Source of the DNA: an uncultured virus (IMG/VR IMGVR_UViG_3300020179_000022)
Lineage: Duplodnaviria > Heunggongvirae > Uroviricota > Caudoviricetes
DNA: 64,000 nt
Reading direction: 5' to 3' (one strand)
Virus record (IMG/VR): IMGVR_UViG_3300020179_000022
The number at the start of each line of letters is the position of its first letter. Positions within the stretch are counted from its first letter, which is position 1. Position numbers and translations under genes: made by a program. The notes beneath the pieces were generated by a model. It saw nothing but the letters and a program-made list of their open reading frames with translations. It ran no database searches and had not been told where the DNA came from. This document shows positions 43,669 through 52,507 of this stretch, piece after piece.

Positions 43669-44262
43669 ATGAACATTGAAAAACTAAAAGGATATGTTCC
43701 TGATGCTGTGATAGCACAGCTCCCTAACACGATTTCTAAATTTGGAATTGATACACCTGTTAAACTTGCTCATTTCCTGGCTCAAGTGGGACATGAGTCT
43801 GCAAACTTCAAGGCTGTCACTGAGAACTTGAACTATAGAGCTAAGGGTCTATTGGCAATTTTCAAAAAATACTTCCCTACAGAAGCTAAGGCTAAAGAAT
43901 ATGAAAGAAAGCCTGAGAAGATTGCTAACCTAGTTTATGGAAACAGAATGGGTAATGGCGATGAAGCTTCTGGTGAAGGCTTTAGATTTCGTGGAAGAGG
44001 CTACATTCAGTTGACAGGTAAGAACAACTACAAAGCATTTGATGCTGTAGTAGAAGAGGACATCGTAGCTAATCCAGATCTTGTTGCTACTAAGTACCCA
44101 CTTCTATCAGCTGCTTGGTTCTTTCACAAAAACTGCTTAAGCAAATGTGTAGATGCCACTGATCCCACAGTTACCTCTGTAACTAAGTGTGTCAATGGCG
44201 GTACAATTGGTTTAGCAGATAGATTAAAACATTTCAAACAATATTATAGCCTACTAGTATGA
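43669..44262 (+). CDS. Glycoside hydrolase family 19 endolysin
   Basis: AHFLAQVGHES, ENLNY, FRGRGYIQLTGKNNY, SAAWFF and VNGGTIGLADR motifs. Confidence 0.92.
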   Translation: MNIEKLKGYVPDAVIAQLPNTISKFGIDTPVKLAHFLAQVGHESANFKAVTENLNYRAKGLLAIFKKYFPTEAKAKEYERKPEKIANLVYGNRMGNGDEASGEGFRFRGRGYIQLTGKNNYKAFDAVVEEDIVANPDLVATKYPLLSAAWFFHKNCLSKCVDATDPTVTSVTKCVNGGTIGLADRLKHFKQYYSLLV

Positions 44263-44510
44263 AACAGTTCATCAAAGATTTATTCAACGATCAAAACAGC
44301 ATCAATGAAAAATCCCTAGTGGGATTCATTGCTTTCATAATGATGATTGCTACATTAGTTACAGATGTTGTAACAGGTGTAATGGGAAAAGAAATGCCAA
44401 TCCACGAATTCATATTTGATGGATTCATGGTAATTGTACTAGGATCATTTGGTATTGCTTCTGTAGATAAGTGGATTAATAAAACAAAAAACAATAGTGT
44501 TGATGAATAA
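44259..44510 (+). CDS. Putative holin (two TM helices)
   Basis: 83 aa with two hydrophobic segments, overlapping the endolysin stop. Confidence 0.6.
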   Translation: MKQFIKDLFNDQNSINEKSLVGFIAFIMMIATLVTDVVTGVMGKEMPIHEFIFDGFMVIVLGSFGIASVDKWINKTKNNSVDE

Positions 44511-44554
44511 TAAATAATTATTTATAAATTCACACTATTGAAAATGAATGAGTT

Positions 44555-44683
44555 ATGGCAAAGGCAAAAGTTGCAGCAGCAGAACGTAAGATATCCTTTG
44601 GTAAGAAGAGACTTGGAAAAGCCAAGAATCTGAATACACCAAAGGGTAAAAAGGTTAAAAAATACAAAGGACAAGGAAGATAA
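44555..44683 (+). CDS. Small Lys-rich protein (42 aa, ends YKGQGR)
   Basis: Read by hand, below the track cut-off: MAKAKVAAAERKISFGKKRLGKAKNLNTPKGKKVKKYKGQGR. Confidence 0.65.
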   Translation: MAKAKVAAAERKISFGKKRLGKAKNLNTPKGKKVKKYKGQGR

Positions 44684-44686
44684 TAA

Positions 44687-44803
44687 TGTGCATATTCAAC
44701 AAACAGAAATGTAAATAATGCAGTGGTGATTACATCAGCTGCTGCTTCAGGAAGCATACCTGCTATTCCTGGACTTATTGTAACAGTAAATCAAGTAGGA
44801 TAA
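44687..44803 (+). pseudogene. Possible 3' gene remnant ending ...IPAIPGLIVTVNQVG*
   Basis: ATG-less frame after TAA TAA. The C-terminus resembles the PAIPSVIVTV-type end of phage structural proteins. Confidence 0.35.
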
Positions 44804-44819
44804 ATAAAACTTATTAACA

Positions 44820-44957
44820 ATGGGAGTTCCAAATAAACAAATAGGATGGAGTCAGGAATCAAACCTGTTATGGCAGATTAGTAAGCAACTAGATGAACTT
44901 ATCAAGGTGACAGCTAGTCTAACCACTACAACTACGACTACTACTGCTGCTCCTTAA
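44820..44957 (+). CDS. Small protein with poly-Thr tail (45 aa)
   Basis: Read by hand: MGVPNKQIGWSQESNLLWQISKQLDELIKVTASLTTTTTTTTAAP, with an A-rich leader. Confidence 0.7.
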   Translation: MGVPNKQIGWSQESNLLWQISKQLDELIKVTASLTTTTTTTTAAP

Positions 44958-44988
44958 TAGAGAAACTAAAACCAATAACTAACTACAT

Positions 44989-46005
44989 ATGAAGGATCTT
45001 AGATTTGTCTGCGTTCAGCCAGATGACACTTATTTTACATGGCAAGTGCATTTATGGTTGGAAAGTCTCAAAGAGATGGGGCACTCTGACAAAGCAATTG
45101 TTCTCATTTACATTCCAACAGGAAGAGCAAAGAACATGAAATGGCAACAAGTGATTGACTTATACCCAGAAGCAGAGTTTCATTTCTATCAAGACGAAGG
45201 TGATTTAGATAAGTATATACCTATATACATTCCAGTTCTAAGACCTTGGACACTATGGAAGCACTTCAAGACTAATCCAGAGTTAAGTAATAAAGCAATA
45301 TTCTACTGCGATTCTGATGTGTTATTCACAAAGAATTTTAATGTAGATAAATACATAGAGGATGATATTTGCTATTTGTCAGATACAAACAGCTATATTA
45401 ATGCCACCTACTTTGAAAGTAAAGAAAGAGATGTACTTCCAAACAAGTTGGAAGAATATAAGACTAGAGATATTCTTGGAGAGGTGATGAGCTTAGTTGG
45501 TGTTGAGAAGCAAGTGGCTTATGACAACAATGAACACTCAGGAGGAGCTCAATACTTTCTTAAAGATGTTGATGCTACATTCTGGAACAAGGTGATGAAT
45601 GATTCTTTGATGATCAGAACCTATCTACAGAAAGTAAATAAAGACTTCTTTGAGAACGAAAGTAAAGGATACCAAAGCTGGTGTGCAGATATGTGGGGAG
45701 TGCTTTGGAACCTGTGGTTTAGAGGACAAGAGACAAAGGTGATTAAAGAAATGAACTTCTCTTGGGCCACTGATCCTATTGAAAGACTTGAAGAGAATAC
45801 GTTATTTCACAATGCAGGAATTGTATCTCCACACAATGGAACATACAATTGTTTCTACAAAGGGAAATATCACAACGGAGGTGATCCAACAAAAGACCCT
45901 CATCTAGATACAGTGTTAAACGATGAACAATCTCAAAAATATTGCACGTGGTTCTATGCAAACAAACTTAAAGAACTAAAAAATAAATATAACCTTAACT
46001 ATTAA
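44989..46005 (+). CDS. GT-A glycosyltransferase resembling plant peptide O-glycosyltransferases (HPAT/GT95, SGT1/GT96)
   Basis: 338 aa. YFTWQ..L..ES (cf. SGT1 YFDWQ), LRPWTL (cf. HPAT NRPWAF), DxD in YCDSDVLF, and WCADMWG (cf. WxxEMY). Confidence 0.65.
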   Translation: MKDLRFVCVQPDDTYFTWQVHLWLESLKEMGHSDKAIVLIYIPTGRAKNMKWQQVIDLYPEAEFHFYQDEGDLDKYIPIYIPVLRPWTLWKHFKTNPELSNKAIFYCDSDVLFTKNFNVDKYIEDDICYLSDTNSYINATYFESKERDVLPNKLEEYKTRDILGEVMSLVGVEKQVAYDNNEHSGGAQYFLKDVDATFWNKVMNDSLMIRTYLQKVNKDFFENESKGYQSWCADMWGVLWNLWFRGQETKVIKEMNFSWATDPIERLEENTLFHNAGIVSPHNGTYNCFYKGKYHNGGDPTKDPHLDTVLNDEQSQKYCTWFYANKLKELKNKYNLNY

Positions 46006-46017
46006 CCGTAAACAATT

Positions 46018-46227
46018 ATGGGAGCTTACAACAGAAAAGACTTGAAAGCGTACGTACGTTACGATGGTGGCGGGCGTGTAGTAGCAGGTAGCTTGATCTT
46101 AAGAAGACAGAAGCCTAAAGTGGGTAATTGGGTAGAGGTTCCAGCATACGAATGCTGCGCTCCAACTACTACAACTACAACAACAGCTGCGCCAACAACT
46201 ACAACAACTACTACATTCGCAGGATAA
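46018..46227 (+). CDS. Small protein with Cys-Cys and poly-Thr tail (69 aa)
   Basis: ...YECCAPTTTTTTTAAPTTTTTTTFAG. Confidence 0.75.
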   Translation: MGAYNRKDLKAYVRYDGGGRVVAGSLILRRQKPKVGNWVEVPAYECCAPTTTTTTTAAPTTTTTTTFAG

Positions 46228-46643
46228 TGGCAAAGTCGTTATTTCCAGAGGAAATGATTAGCAAGAGCAATGGAGGAGGGAGTATGAATCTCGAATCCAT
46301 TGCTTCTAAGCTAACTCACTTTCACGAGCAATTACATTTGTTGCATTGGCAAACAACAAGCTATGCACAGCATCAAGCTCTTGGTGGCTTGTATGATTAT
46401 GTGCATGACTTCAAAGATGGGCTGATTGAGAAACTAATGGGCTATACAGGTAGAAGACCTACATCCATGAAGATTGATCCAATCATCACTACATCTGCTG
46501 AAGCTGTGGTTAGCGAATTGATGGCATTTGCTTCTTCTCTAAAGTCATACGCAGAGGTTAACAGTTATCATGATATTTCAAATCTTGCAGATTCTCTTTC
46601 TGGAGAAGCAGCAAAAACAAAATATTTGCTAACTTTATCTTAA
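46227..46643 (+). CDS. Ferritin/Dps-like four-helix protein (DUF5856-like)
   Basis: HWQTTSYAQHQALGGLYD...D.LIE and KYLLTL motifs. True start is probably the ATG at 46227, coupled TAATG to the upstream gene, rather than 46128. Confidence 0.75.
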   Translation: MAKSLFPEEMISKSNGGGSMNLESIASKLTHFHEQLHLLHWQTTSYAQHQALGGLYDYVHDFKDGLIEKLMGYTGRRPTSMKIDPIITTSAEAVVSELMAFASSLKSYAEVNSYHDISNLADSLSGEAAKTKYLLTLS

Positions 46644-46924
46644 TGGAGATAGTAAAAAAGTTCTTTCCTGAGATCATGCAAGATAACGACATGGTCTATT
46701 TTGCAAGACTAGAGGGTATGATCGACTCTATCGATGAGCTCTCTGCCTTGCAAATAACAAAGAGCCCACATTCCTATCAATTCAGACTTGCCCCTAGTCA
46801 CCCCAAGTATATAGAAATGTTATTTGAGGAGATATTGAAGTTTCATAATATGTACAATATTAGATTGAATCTTTCAAAAAGTATCAAGACAACGGGCTCA
46901 ATATCATTTGAAATCATTTTATAA
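46643..46924 (+). CDS. Hypothetical protein
   Basis: 93-aa ORF, translationally coupled (TAATG). Confidence 0.65.
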   Translation: MEIVKKFFPEIMQDNDMVYFARLEGMIDSIDELSALQITKSPHSYQFRLAPSHPKYIEMLFEEILKFHNMYNIRLNLSKSIKTTGSISFEIIL

Positions 46925-46937
46925 ACCAATAATAATT

Positions 46938-47168
46938 ATGTCTTACGATCCAACACAAAAGTATGTCTGGTCTCCAGATGAAAAAATTGAATTAACTGGT
47001 CAGGAGTTCGCAATCGTAGTTAATGCTGTAAGAAGCATTCTCAACCTTCCAGAAGCTCCTGCAATCATTCTTGCTGACAAAGCTAATTCAGCTCTTGATA
47101 ATGTCATGGCAAAGAGTGTAGAAGAAGGTAAAATTAAACCAGCTCCAACAGAGCTACAGGCTGAATAG
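46938..47168 (+). CDS. Hypothetical protein
   Basis: MSYDPTQK start preceded by AAACCAATAATAATT (track ORF 46908..47168). Confidence 0.65.
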   Translation: MSYDPTQKYVWSPDEKIELTGQEFAIVVNAVRSILNLPEAPAIILADKANSALDNVMAKSVEEGKIKPAPTELQAE

Positions 47169-47170
47169 AA

Positions 47171-47431
47171 ATGAAAAAGATTATCACCAAAAAAGCAGTG
47201 GGCAAGAAACCCACTGCTAAAAAACCAGTGAAGGTTATGAAAGCTGGTGGCACTGCAACCAAGAGTAAGGTCAATGAAGCTGGTAATTATACCAAGCCTT
47301 CTATGAGAAAGTCCTTATTCAATAGAATTAAAGCTGGAAGTAAAGGTGGTAATCCTGGCCAATGGTCAGCAAGAAAAGCTCAGCTACTTGCTAGTGAGTA
47401 TAAGAAAAAAGGTGGTGGTTACACAAACTAA
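47171..47431 (+). CDS. Basic protein, N-terminal-half DUF5872-like
   Basis: YTKP..RK.LF..IKAGSKGG.PGQWSARKAQLLA.EYKK.GGGY motif. Confidence 0.7.
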   Translation: MKKIITKKAVGKKPTAKKPVKVMKAGGTATKSKVNEAGNYTKPSMRKSLFNRIKAGSKGGNPGQWSARKAQLLASEYKKKGGGYTN

Positions 47432-47436
47432 TAGAC

Positions 47437-47706
47437 ATGGCTTTAGCTAAATCTCAGAAGAGTTTGAAAGACTGGTCAGCACAAAAGTGGATGACCTCTG
47501 GCACTCATGCTAATAAGAAAAAAGGATCTTCAAAAGAAGTGAAGTCTAAGGGCTCTAAGAGATATCTTCCAGAGGCTGCTTGGAGTGCATTATCTTCAGG
47601 TGAAAAGGCTGCTACAAACAAAGCTAAAGCTGCTGGTAATAGAAAGGGTAAACAGTTTGTCTCTCAGCCTAAAAACATTAAACAAAAAACTAAAAACTTT
47701 AGATGA
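47437..47706 (+). CDS. Basic protein, C-terminal-half DUF5872-like
   Basis: QKSLKDW..QKW.T...RYLPEAAW..LS...GKQFV motif. Confidence 0.7.
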   Translation: MALAKSQKSLKDWSAQKWMTSGTHANKKKGSSKEVKSKGSKRYLPEAAWSALSSGEKAATNKAKAAGNRKGKQFVSQPKNIKQKTKNFR

Positions 47707-47709
47707 GAT

Positions 47710-47841
47710 ATGCGTAAAACAACAAAAGCACCTAAGATGTCTGCTGGAGGAAAAGCAGTGAAGTGCTGGCCAGGTTATACTAAACAAGGCACAAAAATTG
47801 GAAAGAGTGGTAAAGTAGTTAATAACTGCGTTAAAAAATAA
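47710..47841 (+). CDS. Small basic protein with CWPGY...NCV motif (43 aa)
   Basis: Read by hand: MRKTTKAPKMSAGGKAVKCWPGYTKQGTKIGKSGKVVNNCVKK. Confidence 0.65.
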   Translation: MRKTTKAPKMSAGGKAVKCWPGYTKQGTKIGKSGKVVNNCVKK

Positions 47842-47845
47842 AATC

Positions 47846-48238
47846 ATGATGCACAATATGAAAAATGGTGGCTCTAAAGCCATGAAGAAAACTGGTAAGA
47901 AGCCTAAGAAGGCGATGATGGGAACTATGATGGATAAGCCTATGATGGATAAGCCTATGATGAAAATGGGTGGATCTTTGAAACCTGTTGACAAAGCTAA
48001 AAACCCTGGATTAGCTAAACTTCCTAAAGCAGTTAGAAACAAAATGGGCTATAAGAAGTATGGAGGAGATGTCGATATGATGCAAGCTGGTGGAGTAGTT
48101 AAATCAGCTAAACCTGTAGGTCCTGTTGATCCTAATGGTGCTTACACTAAGGTACAAGAGCGCACACTAGCTGGTAAGAAGTCCCCTGCACCTAAGCTTA
48201 AGATGATGAAGGGCGGTAAGGTTCATAAAAAGAAATAA
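47846..48238 (+). CDS. Lys/Met-rich basic protein with xxGG repeats
   Basis: 130 aa. MMDKP repeats and NPGLAKLP..VRNKMGY. Confidence 0.7.
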   Translation: MMHNMKNGGSKAMKKTGKKPKKAMMGTMMDKPMMDKPMMKMGGSLKPVDKAKNPGLAKLPKAVRNKMGYKKYGGDVDMMQAGGVVKSAKPVGPVDPNGAYTKVQERTLAGKKSPAPKLKMMKGGKVHKKK

Positions 48239-48240
48239 TC

Positions 48241-48420
48241 ATGGCAGAGAAATGGATTCAGAAGGCTATCAAAAAGCCAGGAGCTCTACGTGCACAACTT
48301 GGTGCTAAGAAGGGCAAACCAATCCCTGCTGCTAAACTTGCTGCTGCTGCTAAGAAGGGTGGTAAATTAGGTCAGAGAGCTCGTCTTGCTCAGACCCTAA
48401 AGAAGATGAATAAAAAGTAA
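48241..48420 (+). CDS. Small basic protein (59 aa; WIQKAIKKPGALR...RARLAQTL)
   Basis: Read by hand, ATG at 48241 to TAA at 48420, coupled to the next gene. Confidence 0.7.
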   Translation: MAEKWIQKAIKKPGALRAQLGAKKGKPIPAAKLAAAAKKGGKLGQRARLAQTLKKMNKK

Positions 48421-48854
48421 TGAATCAAATTAAAAACTTTGATATGGGCAAGTACATCCTTGTTATAGGTAAGGATGCCACTGATATATTTAAGTTTTAC
48501 AATGTTGACAAAATGCATGGACTCAATCTTAAAGACGCTATAGCAGAAGAGATTGATAAGACTAAGGGTAATGGTGTCTACATTTATGGATTGACAAATT
48601 ATGACCCAGAAGATAAAAGGTTAATAGCTAAAGATCCTTATAAACCCTTCCTGTTTTTGAACATGGGCACTTTTAAAAAATACAGTGCTGATGAACAAAA
48701 AACTGCTATAATGCATGAAACTATGCACATGGCTCTTCTTCTACACAAATGGGATGCAGAAAAGAAAGAAGAAGAAATAATAACAATGGCTGAAGATGAA
48801 GCTAATGAGATTATTAGAAAACTGAAGTCATTAAATTTGATAAAGAAAAAATGA
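48420..48854 (+). CDS. Putative zincin-like metalloprotein
   Basis: IMHETMHM HExxH motif followed by an acidic EEE. Confidence 0.55.
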   Translation: MNQIKNFDMGKYILVIGKDATDIFKFYNVDKMHGLNLKDAIAEEIDKTKGNGVYIYGLTNYDPEDKRLIAKDPYKPFLFLNMGTFKKYSADEQKTAIMHETMHMALLLHKWDAEKKEEEIITMAEDEANEIIRKLKSLNLIKKK

Positions 48855-48888
48855 AAGTAACTCTTGTTCCAAAATACAAAGAGAAAAA

Positions 48889-49533
48889 GTGATATTAAAT
48901 CAAAGTATAAGTTCATTCAAATGCTATGTAAGAGCTAAACATTTTACAAAGAATGATCAGCATAAAGAAAAGTATCATGAGGCTTATGCTTTCGGAATTC
49001 AATCAATAACAGGAAAAATACTAACGTTCCACGTTATGACTAACTATGGGATGTTAAGAAGTAGAGTTCCTATTAGTGAATTGTTTATAAAGAAACCATC
49101 CTGTGACATACCATCACACTTTAAACAACTCTGGGATTGTTTCTCAGAAAATGTAGCTGTTACAAAGTTTGAATATTTAGGTGACAAAAGATGTCAGGTT
49201 GTTCTAAAAGATGGGGGTAAAGTTTGGGCTACCTACATGTTTACTATAGACTGGTTTAACAATCCTTACTCAGATGAGCCTACAGATTACAAGTGTGGAC
49301 ACATATTAGTTGCTGATGAAGGTTATCTAATGTGTCAACCTAATAATAGAATCTTCTGGAAAGATGCTAATTTTATAACACAAAGTTTTCCATTGGATGT
49401 AAAAGAATTAAAAGTAGATCACTATCTTGAGTCTGTTGAATCGCATTCAGACAGATGGGTGAGTGAAAACTCAGACTCATTTTATTATAATATTAACAAA
49501 GAAGAAAATGGCAAAGACACCAGCTTGGACTAG
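48889..49533 (+). CDS. Hypothetical phage protein
   Basis: 214-aa ORF with WDCFS, YMFTIDW, KCGH and QPNNRI conserved-looking motifs. Confidence 0.65.
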   Translation: MILNQSISSFKCYVRAKHFTKNDQHKEKYHEAYAFGIQSITGKILTFHVMTNYGMLRSRVPISELFIKKPSCDIPSHFKQLWDCFSENVAVTKFEYLGDKRCQVVLKDGGKVWATYMFTIDWFNNPYSDEPTDYKCGHILVADEGYLMCQPNNRIFWKDANFITQSFPLDVKELKVDHYLESVESHSDRWVSENSDSFYYNINKEENGKDTSLD

Positions 49534-49780
49534 ATCAGAAGGTAAAGATCCTAAAGGAGGGCTTAATCGTAAGGGCGTTGCTTCATATAGAAGAGCAAAC
49601 CCTGGAAGTAAATTAAAGATGGCTGTAACAACAAAGCCTTCTAAACTTGATCCAGACAGCAAACCTGCAAAGAGACGTAAGTCTTTCTGTGCTAGAATGT
49701 CTGGTGTGAAGGGGCCTATGAGAAAGCCTAATGGTAAGCCAACAAGAAAAGCACTAGCTCTTAGAAAGTGGAACTGCTAG
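49508..49780 (+). CDS. Basic phage protein (DUF6321-like)
   Basis: AWTRSEGKDPKGGLN...RRKSFCARM...LRKWNC. Start at the ATG at 49508. Confidence 0.7.
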   Translation: MAKTPAWTRSEGKDPKGGLNRKGVASYRRANPGSKLKMAVTTKPSKLDPDSKPAKRRKSFCARMSGVKGPMRKPNGKPTRKALALRKWNC

Positions 49781-49906
49781 CCATCATATTATATTTAATC
49801 TTTTTAGTTATGTGCTCTAAGCATGTATGTTATAGCACCAACTTTTTAAAATCTACACCACAATTTTTTAAGTGGTCGACAAACCAACAAACTAAAAACC
49901 CTCAGC

Positions 49907-50785
49907 ATGACATTTAAACTAGAGAAGATTCTAAGGAATGTTCATTCCATAGAGTTAACAGGAAATAAATTAGCCAGTATAGGAGACCTACACTGGGATA
50001 ATCCAAGCTGCGATAGAGTGAAACTCAAACAACATCTGGATTATTGTAAAGAAAATGACATACCCATCTTGATTAATGGAGACCTATTTTGCCTCATGCA
50101 GGGTAGGGGCGATCGTAGAGCAAATAAATCAGATATTAGACCAGAGCACAACAATGCCAAGTATCTAGACTCTGTAATTGAAACAGCTGTAGAATGGTTT
50201 AGTCCATACGCACACCTCATTACAGTGATTGGATATGGTAATCATGAAACTTCCATTATTAAGTTTCAGGAGACAGATGTCCTACAGAGATTTGTTGACT
50301 TGCTAAACTACAAAAACAAGACAAATGTCCAAACAGGAGGATATGGTGGATGGCTTATTGTAAAAGTACCCTGTAAGGGATCAGAAATGACAAAAAATTT
50401 GAAATATTTTCATGGATCTGGTGGAGGAGGAATCGTAACGAAAGGTGCAATAAATCTTACACGAGCCCTTGAAATGTATGAAAACATGGATATATTCGTG
50501 CTAGGTCACATTCACGAGAACTGGTGTAGAAATGATCTCAGAGACACTCTAAAATATAATCGTGGAAAACGTGAGTATGAACTAGAACAAAAAGAAATTC
50601 ATCATTGCATAGTTGGCACATATAAAGAAGAGTATGGTGATGGTTCACATGGCTGGCATATTGAGCGTGGTGCTCCTCCAAAAGTTACAGGAGGAAGAAT
50701 AATAGTGTTTAATACTAAAAGAATTCAAAAAGATAATGCAAGCAGTTTTTTCACTTCTGTAGATTCCATAAAGTTTCCTATATGA
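49907..50785 (+). CDS. Calcineurin-like metallophosphoesterase
   Basis: GDLH, NGDLF, GNHE, FHG and GHIH motifs. Confidence 0.85.
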   Translation: MTFKLEKILRNVHSIELTGNKLASIGDLHWDNPSCDRVKLKQHLDYCKENDIPILINGDLFCLMQGRGDRRANKSDIRPEHNNAKYLDSVIETAVEWFSPYAHLITVIGYGNHETSIIKFQETDVLQRFVDLLNYKNKTNVQTGGYGGWLIVKVPCKGSEMTKNLKYFHGSGGGGIVTKGAINLTRALEMYENMDIFVLGHIHENWCRNDLRDTLKYNRGKREYELEQKEIHHCIVGTYKEEYGDGSHGWHIERGAPPKVTGGRIIVFNTKRIQKDNASSFFTSVDSIKFPI

Positions 50786-51000
50786 AAGCATATTTAGTTT
50801 TTAACTTACCTGAAGATCTCACTGAATACAAGATGGCTAGTAAGGCCAGTGATATGCATTCAGTGCTTTGGGAACATGATCAGTGGTTGCGCTCTAAGAT
50901 TAAATACGAGGAACTTGATGATGCACAACATGAAGCATACAAAAAGTGTAGAGAAAACTTAAGAGAGTTACTAATAGAAAATAATATAGAACTACTATGA
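50782..51000 (+). CDS. Hypothetical protein
   Basis: 72 aa, MKAYLVFNLPED; overlaps the upstream stop. Confidence 0.65.
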   Translation: MKAYLVFNLPEDLTEYKMASKASDMHSVLWEHDQWLRSKIKYEELDDAQHEAYKKCRENLRELLIENNIELL

Positions 51001-51134
51001 CTATGATGTTTTTATTCTTCACGCTAGTCCTCATACCAATATCCTGGATTTGGGTTAGAAAAATTGACTACATGCAAGACAATCATCCAGATTACAAAGG
51101 AGAAGACTTATTTGACGAACATGAGAAGGTTTAA
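50997..51134 (+). CDS. Small membrane protein (45 aa)
   Basis: Read by hand: MTMMFLFFTLVLIPISWIWVRKIDYMQDNHPDYKGEDLFDEHEKV, with ATGA overlap. Confidence 0.55.
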   Translation: MTMMFLFFTLVLIPISWIWVRKIDYMQDNHPDYKGEDLFDEHEKV

Positions 51135-51223
51135 ATCAATTCTGAAAGACATTTGGTTAGGAATCAGATTGTCAAACAACTTCCAAAACAATTATCAGCA
51201 ATGTCCTAAAATCTAAAATCAAT

Positions 51224-51766
51224 ATGATACCTGACAAACAAAAAATTCAAATTGCATTAACAGCATTTCTTGCTGGAGTAGTTTTAACCTTTATTGTCTA
51301 TCCAAAGCCTGAAGTGGAAGAGGTGTATAAGTTTACAACCAAAACAGAGACAGACACTGTTGTTGTTAATGTCATTGATACTGTCTACATCCCTAAAAAC
51401 AAGATAAAAACCCAAGTGGTTAGAGATACAATTCTAGTTGATTACAAACCTTCTATAAAGAAGTTTGAAGCATCCAAGTCTTTTGAGTATGGAGAGACAA
51501 GTGTGTCAGGAGAAGTGCTAGGAGATGTCTTGAATTTAGATATAAAGAACAAGTTTGCAATCCCTGTAGTGACAAACACCATCACCAACACAGAGACCAA
51601 AACTATTATAAAGAAGAGCAAAGGAATATATCTAGGTGCAAATATCAACTCTCTGTTACAACCAGGCGCATCTGCATCCTATGTAGATGACAAATACATC
51701 TTCCAGTATCAGTACCAACCATTGCAGAAGGCACATCAGATTGGTGTAAGCAAAAAGTTATTCTAG
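51224..51766 (+). CDS. Membrane-anchored protein (possible spanin-like lysis accessory)
   Basis: N-terminal TM helix, DTV repeats, C-terminal beta-strands ending in Phe. Confidence 0.5.
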   Translation: MIPDKQKIQIALTAFLAGVVLTFIVYPKPEVEEVYKFTTKTETDTVVVNVIDTVYIPKNKIKTQVVRDTILVDYKPSIKKFEASKSFEYGETSVSGEVLGDVLNLDIKNKFAIPVVTNTITNTETKTIIKKSKGIYLGANINSLLQPGASASYVDDKYIFQYQYQPLQKAHQIGVSKKLF

Positions 51767-51768
51767 TT

Positions 51769-51838
51769 AACTTGTAAGTTGTTACCTTTTTATATTTTTT
51801 TGTAACAAATACATAGTTTATTCGGATAACTTCCGAAT
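51769..51838. repeat. Three adjacent imperfect palindromes
   Basis: AACTT-GT-AAGTT (51769-51780), TTGTTAC...GTAACAA (51779-51808) and ATTCGGA-TAACT-TCCGAAT (51820-51838). Confidence 0.7.
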
Positions 51839-51840
51839 TG

Positions 51841-52491
51841 TCAAGCTAAACTCTTCAACATCTCTATCATTCTAGGATGAGGATAGATGTCAATCTTGTC
51901 TTTGCGTACAGAGTTGTGCGTGAACACTCCTGCCTCACCTCTCAATGCTCTTGGATTGATGTCCCAGATGTCTTCACAATAGTCTAATGGAATACCATAT
52001 CGTTTGTTCCATAACAACAACAATTGTTTTACAGACTCAATCTGAGCATCTGTGTAATCATGAAAGTAGACACTTCCTTTAAATGGTTTGTCAAGCTTGA
52101 TGATACCTTGAGTCATCTCCTTACCAACATAGTTATAAAACTTTCCATTGCTTTCACGAAGATGCCCCCAGTTGCATATCTCAATTCCAATACTAATTTT
52201 GTCTAGCTGCTGATAAGGAATCTTCCTACTGCTAAATGTAGTGTTTTGTAATCCTAGATGGTATGCCCAGTATTTAGAACTAAATCCCTGTACAATTTGG
52301 CCATCAACACAACCCTTACCAATACCTGATATAGATACACATGTAGCTACTCTCTCAGTATTGGATGCCCACCACCCAAATGTACCTACACCATTAGGAC
52401 TTCCTGCTGTGTGATGTAAATAAATCTGCTTCTTTGGATGTTCCTCAGCTATGTATTGGCTAGAAGGGAAATCAACTTGTAGTATGTTCAT
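51841..52491 (-). CDS. N-acetylmuramoyl-L-alanine amidase (Amidase_2-like)
   Basis: IYLHHTAG, WAYHLG, SIGIEICNWG, TDAQIES and THNSVRKDKID motifs. Confidence 0.88.
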   Translation of the reverse strand: MNILQVDFPSSQYIAEEHPKKQIYLHHTAGSPNGVGTFGWWASNTERVATCVSISGIGKGCVDGQIVQGFSSKYWAYHLGLQNTTFSSRKIPYQQLDKISIGIEICNWGHLRESNGKFYNYVGKEMTQGIIKLDKPFKGSVYFHDYTDAQIESVKQLLLLWNKRYGIPLDYCEDIWDINPRALRGEAGVFTHNSVRKDKIDIYPHPRMIEMLKSLA

Positions 52492-52507
52492 AGTTTTAAA
52501 TTGATAA

